Shown here: positions 28,401 through 37,510 of the stretch, one piece after another | Numbering within the stretch: the stretch's first letter is position 1 | Layout: each line of letters starts with the position of its first letter | Sequence record: LC788705.1 | DNA: 64,000 nucleotides | Strand: one strand, 5' to 3' | DNA from: Escherichia coli phage NG_A1 | The notes under the pieces: model-generated | What the model saw: only the letters and a program-made list of their open reading frames with translations | Told to the model about the DNA's origin: nothing | Databases searched by the model: none | Translations under genes and position numbers: made by a program

Positions 28401-29114
28401 AGTACCAACCAGCAGGTTAGTGCAATTGATCAGGCTATTGCAGCAGAGCAGAAACGTGATGGTAAATCAGAAGCATCTAAAGCTAAGTTGAAGAAGTTGG
28501 AAGCTGAAAAGCTGAAGATTCAACAAGACGCAGCTAAGAAGCAGATTATCATCCAAACTGCAGTAGCTGTAATGCAGGCAGCCACCGCTGTTCCATATCC
28601 GTTCTCTATTCCACTAATGGTTGCGGCAGGTTTAGCGGGTGCATTGGCATTAGCACAAGCATCTTCTGCATCTGGTATGTCAAGTATTGCTGATTCTGGA
28701 GCGGATACAACTAGTTACCTAACCTTAGGAGAGCGTCAGAAGAATATAGATGTGTCTATGTCTGCTAATGCTGGTGAATTATCTTATATCCGTGGTGATA
28801 AAGGCATAGGCGGTGCTAACTCTTTCGTTCCTCGTGCTGAGGGTGGTAATATGTACCCTGGGGTTAGCTATCAAATGGGTGAGCATGGTACAGAAGTAGT
28901 TACCCCTATGGTTCCTATGAAAGCTACGCCTAATGATGAGCTAAAAACCTCATCTAACTCAACTTCAGGAAGACCTATCATCTTGAATATTAGTGCTATG
29001 GATGCTGCAAGTTTTAGAGAGTTTGCTTCTAGTAATAGTGGTGCTCTAAGAGACGCAGTAGAATTAGCTCTGAATGAGAACGGTGCTAGTCTGAAAACAT
29101 TAGGAAATTCTTAA
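25434..29114 (+). CDS. Tail tape measure protein, pb2-like (1226 aa)
   Basis: Very long Ala/Gln/Lys-rich coiled-coil protein with hydrophobic segment near the C-terminus; size close to T5 pb2 as I recall. Confidence 0.85.
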   Translation: MTDKLIRELLIDVKQKGATRTAKSIENVSDALENAAAASELTNEQLGKMPRTLYSIERAADRAAKSLTKMQASRGMAGITKSIDGIGDKLDYLAIQLIEVTDKLEIGFDGVSRSVKTMGNDVAAATEKVQDRLYDTNRALGGTARGFNDTAGAAGRASRAIGNTSGSARGATRDFAAMAKIGGSLPIMYAALASNIFVLQSAFEQLKLGDQLNRLEKFGVIVGTQTGTPVQSLARSLQEAAGYAISFEEAMRQASSASAYGFDAEQLNKFGLVARRAAAVLGVDMTDALNRVIKGVSKQEIELLDELGVTIRLNDAYADYVKQLNAANTGITYNINSLTTFQKQQAYANAVIAESTKRFGYLDEVLRATPWEQFAANADAALRKIQQAAAKYLGPVIDAINTVFYTSQASVSAEAARAQEKTNRQIDPTNVGAVALSLAASEEGYNKALDMYKESLDKRNKLKSEFDKRMEQADFYTKLAIRQVGEGIPVGLAAAGASEANKQFVAETAAMGLQVTRLGKEVEDSTENLNAWKSAYQAAGAAAAKASPEFQKQINLQRDTTDPDAVYDFNSTVLKGLTEQQKAYNQTKKTASDLANDIQNVAQNTDTAAKTSATLADAIKNIESLSLGTGKSADEYVKNLNLGYNTLSEMKTASQALSEYVKLTGNETKNQLAVQQKIADVYNQTKDKEKAQEAGRRLELQQLEEQEAALRRVLQTNQGNKAVEKEIEKIQLEKLKLTNQGMEAQKKVKDYTDKILGVDREIALLNNRTMTDTQYRLAQLNLELTIEKEKYEWYTKQADKQKEAEQSRRAQAQIEREIWKFRQDQIASMAAGREEEQQRQFTTKPLMGNAERLQEQLKLYEDLKQKTLGNAAAQAEYNKKIAETRAQLAGLRAQRNAEMQASVGSSVGAVYTPTTGLSGEDKDFADMQNRMASYDQAISKLSELNSEATAVAQSMGNLTNAMIQFSQGSLDTTSLIASGMQTVSSMIQYSTNQQVSAIDQAIAAEQKRDGKSEASKAKLKKLEAEKLKIQQDAAKKQIIIQTAVAVMQAATAVPYPFSIPLMVAAGLAGALALAQASSASGMSSIADSGADTTSYLTLGERQKNIDVSMSANAGELSYIRGDKGIGGANSFVPRAEGGNMYPGVSYQMGEHGTEVVTPMVPMKATPNDELKTSSNSTSGRPIILNISAMDAASFREFASSNSGALRDAVELALNENGASLKTLGNS

Positions 29115-29121
29115 AACTGGA

Positions 29122-29148
29122 GGAGGACTTTGAGTCCTCCTTTTCTTT
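29122..29148 (+). terminator. Intrinsic terminator after the tape measure gene
   Basis: Hairpin GGAGGAC-TTTGA-GTCCTCC followed by TTTTCTTT. Confidence 0.65.
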
Positions 29149-29223
29149 ATGGAAAAATAAAAATTTCTTGATAAAATTTTCTAATACTATTATAATATTG
29201 TTATTAAAGAGGAGAAATTAACT

Positions 29224-29838
29224 ATGAGATTACCAGACCCATACACGAATCCAGAACTTTCAGGCTTAGGATTCGAAAGTGTTAACCTGATTGATAATGA
29301 CCCAGTAATTCGTGATGAGTTACCAAATGGTAAAGTTAACGAAGTTAAGGTATCTGCTCAATACTGGGGTATAAATATTTCTTATCCAGAATTATTTCCA
29401 GATGAATATAGTGTTCTAGATGCTTTTATTCTAGAATACAAAAGGACTGGTGGTTATATAGATGTTATATTACCCCAATACGAAGCTTTTAGAGTTAGAG
29501 GTAATACTAGTCTAGTAAATATACCTGCTGGACAGAAGGGTTCTAATATAACTATGGATACAAAAGGACTTCTTACAGGTACTCCAAAACCGGGGGATCT
29601 ATTTAAGCTGTCTAACCACCCAAAAGTATATAAAATAACATCATTTAACAAATCAGGTAATACATGGTCTATAAACTTATACCCTGATTTATTTATAACT
29701 ACTACTGGAGCGGAGAAGCCAGTATTTAATGGAATACTATTTAGAACAAAACTCATGAATGGTGATGCTTTTGGATCTACACTAAATAATAACGGAACAT
29801 ATTCCAACATCTCATTAAATTTACGGGAAAGTCTATGA
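29224..29838 (+). CDS. Distal tail protein (Dit), pb9-like (204 aa)
   Basis: Size and position directly after the tape measure gene; AAGAGGAG RBS. Confidence 0.65.
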   Translation: MRLPDPYTNPELSGLGFESVNLIDNDPVIRDELPNGKVNEVKVSAQYWGINISYPELFPDEYSVLDAFILEYKRTGGYIDVILPQYEAFRVRGNTSLVNIPAGQKGSNITMDTKGLLTGTPKPGDLFKLSNHPKVYKITSFNKSGNTWSINLYPDLFITTTGAEKPVFNGILFRTKLMNGDAFGSTLNNNGTYSNISLNLRESL

Positions 29839-32684
29839 AAAAAATATTAGATAGTGCTAGAAACTACTTAAAAAATAATAGCAGAATAAAAACTGCTAGT
29901 CTAATTTCTCTAGAATTACCCGGCTCTACTGGTACTAGTACTGCTTTTATTTACTTAACTGACTATTTTAGAGATGTACTATATAATGGTATTTTGTACC
30001 AGGCAGGTAAAGTTAAGTCTATTAGCTCACACAAACAAAATAGAGATTTATCTATTGGTAGTCTATCTTTTACTATTACTGGTACAGCACAAGATGAAGT
30101 ACTAAAACTAGTACAAAATGGTGTATCCTTCTTAGATAGAACAGTATCAATTCATCAAGCAATTATTACTGAGGATGGTTCTATTCTACCAGTAGACCCA
30201 GATACAAATGGTCCTTTACTGTATTTTAGGGGGAGAATTACTGGAGGAGGTATTAAAGATAACATTAGTACCTCTGGAGTAGGAACCTCTACAATTACCT
30301 GGAATTGTTCTAACCAATTCTATGACTTTGATAGAGTTAATGGTAGATATACTGATGACGCTTCCCATAGGGGGCTTGAAGTTGTAGCAGGACAATTAGT
30401 TCCATCTAACGGAGCTAAAAGACCTGAGTACCAAGAAGACTATGGGTTCTTTCATGCTAATAAAAGTATATCTATACTAGCAAAGTACCAAGTACAGGAA
30501 GAAAGGTATAAGCTAAAATCAAAGAAAAAACTATTTGGCTTATCTAGAAGCTATAGCCTTAAAAAGTACTATGAAACTGTTACTAAGGAAGTAGATATAG
30601 ATTTTAACCTTGCTGCTAAATATATACCAGTAGTTTATGGTGTGCAGAAAATACCGGGAATACCTATTTTTGCGGATACAGAACTACACAATCCTAATAT
30701 AGTTTATGTAGTATATGCCTTTGCTGAAGGGGAGATAGACGGTTTTCTTGATTTTTCCTTTGGCGATAACCCTATGATTTGTATGAATGATAATGATAGT
30801 TCTTCCAGAACCTGCTTTGGTGTTAAAAAAGTGGCTGGGGACACCATGCAAAGAATAGCGTCAGGAACACCTTCTAGTAGTCCTTCCGTGCATGGGCAGG
30901 AGTATAAGTATAATGATGGGAATGGTGACATAAGAATTTGGACGTATCATGGAAAACCTGACCAAACGGCTTCTGAAGTACTAGTAGATATAGCTAAAGA
31001 ACGTGGGTTCTACCTTCAGAATATGAATGGCAATGGACCGGAGTACTGGGATGCTAGGTATAAACTACTAGATACTGCATACGCAGTGGTGCGCTTCACT
31101 ATTAATGAAAATAGAACTGAGATTCCTGAAGTTAGTGCTGAAATTCAAGGTAAAAAAGTAAAAGTCTATCATTCTGATGGTAGAGTAACTGCTAATAGTA
31201 CTAGTTTAAATGGTATTTGGCAAACACTTGATTACTTAACCTCTGATAGATATGGCGCTAATATTACCATTGATCAGTTCCCCCTTCAGCAATTAATACA
31301 GGAAGCAGCTATTTTAGATATTATAGATGAATCCTACCAAGTATCTTGGCAGCCATATTGGAGATACGTTGGGTGGACTGATCCACTAGCAGAAAATAGA
31401 CAAATAGTACAAATGAATACTATTCTGGATACATCTGAATCAGTATTTAAAAATGTGCAAGGTTTGTTAGAGTCCTATGGTGGGGCTATTAACAATTTAT
31501 CTGGCCAGTATAGGGTTACTGTAGAAAAATACTCTAATACTCCATTAGAGATTAATTTTCTAGATACTTACGGTGATTTGGAGCTATCTGATACTACTGG
31601 TAGAAATAAATTCAACTCAGTTCAAGCATCTATTGTGGATCCTGCCCTTAGTTGGAAAACTAATGCCATTACATTCTATAACTCCAAGTATAAGGAACAG
31701 GACAAGAACCTAGATAAAAAACTACAACTATCTTTTGCTAATATTACTAATTATTATACTGCAAGAAGTTTTGCGGATAGGGAACTTAAGAAATCCAGAT
31801 ACTCAAGAACACTTTCTTTCTCATTGCCATATCAATTCATTGGTATTGAGCCTAATGATGCTATTGCATTCACGTATGATCGTTATGGATGGAACAAAAA
31901 GTATTTCCTAGTTGATGAGGTTGAAAATTCTAGGGAAGGAAAGATAAATGTTACTCTACAGGAGTATGGAGAAGATGTATTCATCAACTCTGAGCAGGTT
32001 GATAATAGCGGTAATGATATTCCTGATATTAGTAATAATGTCCTTCCTCCTAGAGACTTTAAGTATACCCCTACTCCTGGCGGTTTAGTAGGCTCTATAG
32101 GTAAAAATGGTGAGTTATCCTGGCTTCCGAGTCTAACCAATAATGTAGTTTATTACTCTATTGTACATTCAGGCCATGCCGAACCTTACATAGTACAACA
32201 GTTAGAGACCAACCCTAACGAACGTATGATCCAAGAAATAATTGGAGAACCAGCAGGTCTGGCTATATTTGAGATAAGGGCAGTAGATATTAATGGTAGA
32301 AGAAGTTCCCCGGTGACTCTGTCTATAGAACTTAACTCTGCTAAAAACCTTAGTGTAGTATCCAATTTTAGGGTAATTAATACTGCTTCCGGAGATGTAA
32401 CTGAGTTTGTTGGCCCAGATGTGAAACTAGCCTGGGATAGAATACCTGAAGAAGATATAATAGAGAGTATATTTTATACCCTTGAAATACACGATTCACA
32501 AAATAGGATGTTAAGAAGTGTACGTATTGAAAATCAGTACACTTATGACTATTTATTAACGTATAATAAGGCAGACTTCGCTCTCCAGAACAGCGGTGCT
32601 CTAGGTATAAATAGAAAATTATATTTTCGTATTAGGGCTGAAGGGGATGATGGAGAACAGTCTGTGGAGTGGGCATCCATTTAA
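29835..32684 (+). CDS. Baseplate hub/tail tip protein, pb3-like (949 aa)
   Basis: Size and position; overlapping start/stop with neighbours. Confidence 0.7.
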   Translation: MKKILDSARNYLKNNSRIKTASLISLELPGSTGTSTAFIYLTDYFRDVLYNGILYQAGKVKSISSHKQNRDLSIGSLSFTITGTAQDEVLKLVQNGVSFLDRTVSIHQAIITEDGSILPVDPDTNGPLLYFRGRITGGGIKDNISTSGVGTSTITWNCSNQFYDFDRVNGRYTDDASHRGLEVVAGQLVPSNGAKRPEYQEDYGFFHANKSISILAKYQVQEERYKLKSKKKLFGLSRSYSLKKYYETVTKEVDIDFNLAAKYIPVVYGVQKIPGIPIFADTELHNPNIVYVVYAFAEGEIDGFLDFSFGDNPMICMNDNDSSSRTCFGVKKVAGDTMQRIASGTPSSSPSVHGQEYKYNDGNGDIRIWTYHGKPDQTASEVLVDIAKERGFYLQNMNGNGPEYWDARYKLLDTAYAVVRFTINENRTEIPEVSAEIQGKKVKVYHSDGRVTANSTSLNGIWQTLDYLTSDRYGANITIDQFPLQQLIQEAAILDIIDESYQVSWQPYWRYVGWTDPLAENRQIVQMNTILDTSESVFKNVQGLLESYGGAINNLSGQYRVTVEKYSNTPLEINFLDTYGDLELSDTTGRNKFNSVQASIVDPALSWKTNAITFYNSKYKEQDKNLDKKLQLSFANITNYYTARSFADRELKKSRYSRTLSFSLPYQFIGIEPNDAIAFTYDRYGWNKKYFLVDEVENSREGKINVTLQEYGEDVFINSEQVDNSGNDIPDISNNVLPPRDFKYTPTPGGLVGSIGKNGELSWLPSLTNNVVYYSIVHSGHAEPYIVQQLETNPNERMIQEIIGEPAGLAIFEIRAVDINGRRSSPVTLSIELNSAKNLSVVSNFRVINTASGDVTEFVGPDVKLAWDRIPEEDIIESIFYTLEIHDSQNRMLRSVRIENQYTYDYLLTYNKADFALQNSGALGINRKLYFRIRAEGDDGEQSVEWASI

Positions 32685-34741
32685 TGATTTCAAATAATGC
32701 ACCAGCCAAAATGGTCTTAAATAGTATAATGACTGGATATACTTTGGCTTATGTCCAGCACTCCATCTATACTGATTATGATGTTATTGGTAGATCTTTT
32801 TGGTTAAAAATAGGAGAAAGTATAGATAGACGTGATTACACCGGTATAGATACTTTCTTCGTAATGATTAATAATCTAACCCCCTCTACCTCCTATGAGA
32901 TTCAGGGGGCTTTCTATGACTCAATTATTGACTCAGAGCTTTTAAATGCAAAAATTGGTATCAACCTCTCTAATGAAACTAACTTTAGAACAAAGGAAAA
33001 GCCAATAATTGTTGCAGCAAGATCTGAATCAGAACCCGTCGACGTAGGTGTTGGTGCTCCAATAGTTGTTGTAGATACTACTGGTGAAGCTAGTTACTGC
33101 ACTATTGAATTAAAAAGTACTGCATCAGAAGATAGTGAATGGGTTAAGTATTATATAGGTGCGCTGGGACCTACTATCAAATTTGGTGGTGTTCCTGTTG
33201 GTGACTATAAGATCAGAATATCTGGTCAAGTTACGATGCCAGATGGTGTTACAGTTGACTCATCTGGTTATTATGAATATCCTAGCGTTTTCACTGTAGC
33301 TTATAATTTCGTACCCCCTACTGCACCTACTAACATTGCCTTTAAAGCTGCACGAATTGCAGATGGTAAGGAACGATATGATGTTAGAATAGAATGGGAC
33401 TGGGAACGTGGTGCTGGTGCTAATGTCCGTGAATTTCTGGTTACTTATATAAACTCTGAAGAATATGCCAAGACTGGCTGGGCTAAAGCTCAAAAGATAA
33501 ACGTTGGAGCTGCTAGAGCTGCAACGATTATATCATTCCCATGGAAAGTTGAGCATACTTTTAAGGTATCATCAATTGCCTGGGGACCAAATAAGCAAGA
33601 TATAACAGAATCAGCTCCTGCAACATTTATATTGAATGAAGATACTCCTCTAGACAACAGTTTTGTCAATGAGACGGGTATTGATGTTAATTATGCCTTT
33701 ATTAAGGGCAGCATGAAAGATGGAGAAATCTGGAGACAGACATTCTTAATCGACGCAGCTACTGGTGCTATTAACATTGGTCTGCTAGATGAAGAAGGAA
33801 AAGCACCTATTTCTTTTGACCCTATAAACCGTGTTGTTAACGTTGATGGTAAAGTAATTACTAGAGATATTAATGCTGCGAACTTTATCATGACTAACTT
33901 ATCAGGTAAGGATAATCCAGCAATTTACACTCAAGGTAAATCTTGGGGGGATAATAATTCAGGTATTTGGATGGGTATGGATAATACCTCTGCCAAAGCT
34001 AAACTAGACATTGGTAATGCTACACAATGGATACGTTATGATGGTACTACTTTGCGTATCTCTAGTGGTGTAGTAATTGGAACACCAAATGGTGACGTAG
34101 ATATTGAAACTGGTTTACAAGGTAAACAGACAGTATTTGTTTATAAGTTAGCAACATCTCTACCTGCTAAACCACTAGAACAAGATTATCCGCCTCCTGG
34201 TTGGTCAAAAACTCCACCTAACCGTACAGATATGACACAGAATATCTATGCCACTACAGGTACGCTTGATCCCGTTACTAACAAACTTCTTGAAGGTACT
34301 AGCTGGTCTGATGTAGTTCAGTGGAGTGGTACTGAGGGTACTATAGGACATGATGGACAACGTGGTCCTGGAATGTACTCCTTAGGTATTCCTGGTCTTG
34401 GGGGCTGGGATGATGGGCAGGCTAATGCCTTCTTCCAGAATAACTTTGGTAGTCCTCCTGTTAGATATGATGTATTAACCGAATTTAATAGTAATGCTCC
34501 ACAATCAGCATTTACAAGGCAATGGAATGGGTCTGGTTGGGTTAGCCCTGCAATGGTTCTCCACGGAAACATGATTGTTAATGGGACGGTGACGGCAGAT
34601 AAAATTGTAGCAGGAAATGCTTTCTTATCTCAGATCGGTGTTAACATCATTTATGATAGAAATGCTGCGTTATCCGGGAATCCTGAGGCATACTACAAGA
34701 TGAAGATAGACCTAAATAGTGGGTATATCCATATAAGGTAA
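32669..34741 (+). CDS. Central straight fibre protein, pb4-like (690 aa)
   Basis: Size and position; beta-rich repeats. Confidence 0.65.
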   Translation: MGIHLMISNNAPAKMVLNSIMTGYTLAYVQHSIYTDYDVIGRSFWLKIGESIDRRDYTGIDTFFVMINNLTPSTSYEIQGAFYDSIIDSELLNAKIGINLSNETNFRTKEKPIIVAARSESEPVDVGVGAPIVVVDTTGEASYCTIELKSTASEDSEWVKYYIGALGPTIKFGGVPVGDYKIRISGQVTMPDGVTVDSSGYYEYPSVFTVAYNFVPPTAPTNIAFKAARIADGKERYDVRIEWDWERGAGANVREFLVTYINSEEYAKTGWAKAQKINVGAARAATIISFPWKVEHTFKVSSIAWGPNKQDITESAPATFILNEDTPLDNSFVNETGIDVNYAFIKGSMKDGEIWRQTFLIDAATGAINIGLLDEEGKAPISFDPINRVVNVDGKVITRDINAANFIMTNLSGKDNPAIYTQGKSWGDNNSGIWMGMDNTSAKAKLDIGNATQWIRYDGTTLRISSGVVIGTPNGDVDIETGLQGKQTVFVYKLATSLPAKPLEQDYPPPGWSKTPPNRTDMTQNIYATTGTLDPVTNKLLEGTSWSDVVQWSGTEGTIGHDGQRGPGMYSLGIPGLGGWDDGQANAFFQNNFGSPPVRYDVLTEFNSNAPQSAFTRQWNGSGWVSPAMVLHGNMIVNGTVTADKIVAGNAFLSQIGVNIIYDRNAALSGNPEAYYKMKIDLNSGYIHIR

Positions 34742-34747
34742 TAAATA

Positions 34748-35083
34748 ATGAGTACTGAAAATAGAGTTATAGACTTAGTGATAGATGAGAAAGTACCTTA
34801 TGGTCTAATGATGCAATTCTTAGATGTTGATGATAGTACTTATCCACCTACAAATACCCCTGTTAACTTAACGGGGTATTCTCTAAGGGGTACTATAAAG
34901 GCCGGGCTTGATGAGAATGCGGAAACTTTGGCATCTTTTACTACTAAAATTATTGATGCTGCTCAAGGTGCCATAGCTATAAGTTTACCTGTAGAGGCGG
35001 TAGATAATATTGGTGAAAAAGCTACCAAAGAGAGAGAGATAAGTATAACCCTCGCCAACGTTTTGCAGGATACTATGATATAA
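34748..35083 (+). CDS. Hypothetical tail-associated protein (111 aa)
   Basis: ORF between the pb4-like and tail-fibre genes. Confidence 0.4.
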   Translation: MSTENRVIDLVIDEKVPYGLMMQFLDVDDSTYPPTNTPVNLTGYSLRGTIKAGLDENAETLASFTTKIIDAAQGAIAISLPVEAVDNIGEKATKEREISITLANVLQDTMI

Positions 35084-35171
35084 TTATGACACGAGATGTC
35101 ATAGGATCAGCTATTAGCTCTTTTCGTATAATGGAGGGTAAAGTATTTATCAGTGATGGGGTAACTAGATA

Positions 35172-37226
35172 ATGGCAATAACTACTAAGATTATTGTACA
35201 ACAAATATTAAATATTGATGATACTAAAGCTACTGCTAGTAAATTTCCTAGATACACAGTAACTCTTGGAAATTCTATTAGCTCTATTACTGCTAATGAG
35301 TTAGTATCCTCTATAGAGGCCGCTGCTAAATCTGCTGCGGCTGCAAAAGATTCTGAAATAGCTGCTAAAACCTCAGAACTTAATGCTAAGAATTCGGAGC
35401 AGGAAGCTGCTATTTCTGCCGGGGCTTCAGAAGCTTCTGCTACTCAGTCTGCTACATCTGCTACTCAATCTGCTGCATCAGCTGATAAATCTGCAGAATC
35501 AGCCGCAGCAGCTAAAGTATCCGAGACTAATGCGAAGGCTAGTGAAACTAATGCTGCAGGATCTGCAACTTCTGCCAACCAATCTGTAACTACTATTCAA
35601 GGGCTTAAATCAGATGTTGAACAATTAAAATCTGATACCCAGGCCATTAAAAATAGTGCTGTAACAGAGACAGCAGCTTTAAAAGCAGATGTTGAGCAAT
35701 TAAAAACAGATACACAAGGTATTAAGGATAGCACGGTATCTGAGACAACAACTTTAAAAAACCAAGCTGCAACTTCTGCAACTAGTGCTGCTAATTCTGC
35801 TACTGAAGCAGGAAAACAAGCTACTAGTGCTGCCAATAGTGCTAATACTGCTAAAACTGAAGCCGACCGTTCAAAAACTGAGGCTGATAGATCAGAAGCT
35901 GCTGCTAATTCTACCCCCGACATTCAACCTCTTCCAGATGTATGGATACCGTTTAATGATTCTCTAGATATGATCACCGGCTTTGCACCAGGCTATAAAA
36001 AAATAACAGTTGGTGATGAGGAAATAACACTGCCTAGCGACAAGATTGTTAGCTTTACTCGTGCATCAACTGCGACCTATATCAATAAGTCCGGTATATT
36101 GACCATTGCTGAAGTTGACGAACCGCGATTTGAACGTGAAGGTTTGCTGATTGAAGGACAAAGAACTAACCTGCTAATCAATTCAACTGATCCGACTAAA
36201 TGGAACAAGTCATCAAATATGATCTTAGATAGATCAGGTGTAGATGATTTCGGATTCCAGTACGCAAAATTTACATTAAAACCAGAAATGGTAGGGCAAA
36301 CTTCAGCGATTAACATAGTAACCGTTTCCGGCAGCAGAGGTTTTGATGTAACAGGAAATGAAAAGTATGTAACCATATCATGCAGGGCGCAAAGTGGGAC
36401 TCCAAATTTAAGATGCCGATTACGATTTGAAAACTACGATGGATCTGCTTATACATTTTTGGGTGATGCTTACGTAAATCTGACAGATTTATCAATTGAA
36501 AAAACTGGCGGCGCTGCAAATCGTATTACTGCAAGGGCTGTTAAAGATGAAGCAAGCAAATGGATTTTCTTTGAGGCAACAATTAAAGCACTTGATACAG
36601 AAAATATGATCGGTGCAATGGTGCATTATGCACCAGCAAAAGGGGGAGGTACTGGTGTAGATGATTATATTTATATTGCGACCCCTCAAGTTGAAGGTGG
36701 GGCATGTGCTTCATCCTTTATTATTACAGAAGCAACTCCAGTGACAAGGGCTAGTGATATGGTTACAATGCCAATCAAAAACAACCTTTACAATTTGCCG
36801 TTTACAGTACTTGTGGAAGCTAATAAAAACTGGAGTATAACGCCAAATGCTGCGCCTCGTGTTTTCGATACTAGAGGTCATCAATCTGGTGCGGCAATTA
36901 TTCTTGCTTTCGGATCTGCCGAAGGCGATAATGATGGATTCCCTTATTGCGATATAGGTAAATCAAACAGAAGGGTTTACGAGAATGCAAAACTAAAAAA
37001 GATGATTATGGGAATGAGAGTAAAGAGTGATTACAATAATTGCTGTGTAAGTAATGCCAGAATATCAAGCGAAACAAAAACGGAATGGAGATACATACAA
37101 TCAACGGCTACTATAAGGATTGGAGGACAAACAAATACTGGAGAACGACATTTATTTGGCCATATCCGAAACTTTAGAATCTGGCATAAGGAACTAACTG
37201 ATAGACAAATGAAGGAGTATGTATGA
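35172..37226 (+). CDS. L-shaped (side) tail fibre protein, LtfA-like (684 aa)
   Basis: Ala/Ser/Thr-rich N-terminal coiled-coil with repeated KSDVEQLKSDTQAIK units; C-terminal globular domain; no C-terminal chaperone domain. Confidence 0.65.
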   Translation: MAITTKIIVQQILNIDDTKATASKFPRYTVTLGNSISSITANELVSSIEAAAKSAAAAKDSEIAAKTSELNAKNSEQEAAISAGASEASATQSATSATQSAASADKSAESAAAAKVSETNAKASETNAAGSATSANQSVTTIQGLKSDVEQLKSDTQAIKNSAVTETAALKADVEQLKTDTQGIKDSTVSETTTLKNQAATSATSAANSATEAGKQATSAANSANTAKTEADRSKTEADRSEAAANSTPDIQPLPDVWIPFNDSLDMITGFAPGYKKITVGDEEITLPSDKIVSFTRASTATYINKSGILTIAEVDEPRFEREGLLIEGQRTNLLINSTDPTKWNKSSNMILDRSGVDDFGFQYAKFTLKPEMVGQTSAINIVTVSGSRGFDVTGNEKYVTISCRAQSGTPNLRCRLRFENYDGSAYTFLGDAYVNLTDLSIEKTGGAANRITARAVKDEASKWIFFEATIKALDTENMIGAMVHYAPAKGGGTGVDDYIYIATPQVEGGACASSFIITEATPVTRASDMVTMPIKNNLYNLPFTVLVEANKNWSITPNAAPRVFDTRGHQSGAAIILAFGSAEGDNDGFPYCDIGKSNRRVYENAKLKKMIMGMRVKSDYNNCCVSNARISSETKTEWRYIQSTATIRIGGQTNTGERHLFGHIRNFRIWHKELTDRQMKEYV

Positions 37227-37501
37227 GAGATATAATCCTAAAGTTCACAGATAAATCAACATATAAAGATTTTCTCATTCAAATAGGGTGGGATACTAAT
37301 GAAACTTTGCAAAACCAAATAATGCTTGATGAAATTGGCTATACTTATACTGAAATCTCTCCGCTAGGCGATGAGGAGCCTAGATGCATCCGTAATGAAG
37401 GGTATTATGTTAATGTAAGGATTCTTGATGAATCCTTTACTTACGAATACTTCGAGCCTTTTATAGTTCAGCTAGAACAGCCTCTTAGAGTATGGGCATA
37501 A
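37223..37501 (+). CDS. Hypothetical tail-fibre-associated protein (92 aa)
   Basis: ORF overlapping the stop of the upstream fibre gene. Confidence 0.4.
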   Translation: MRDIILKFTDKSTYKDFLIQIGWDTNETLQNQIMLDEIGYTYTEISPLGDEEPRCIRNEGYYVNVRILDESFTYEYFEPFIVQLEQPLRVWA

Positions 37502-37510
37502 GGTTTTATA

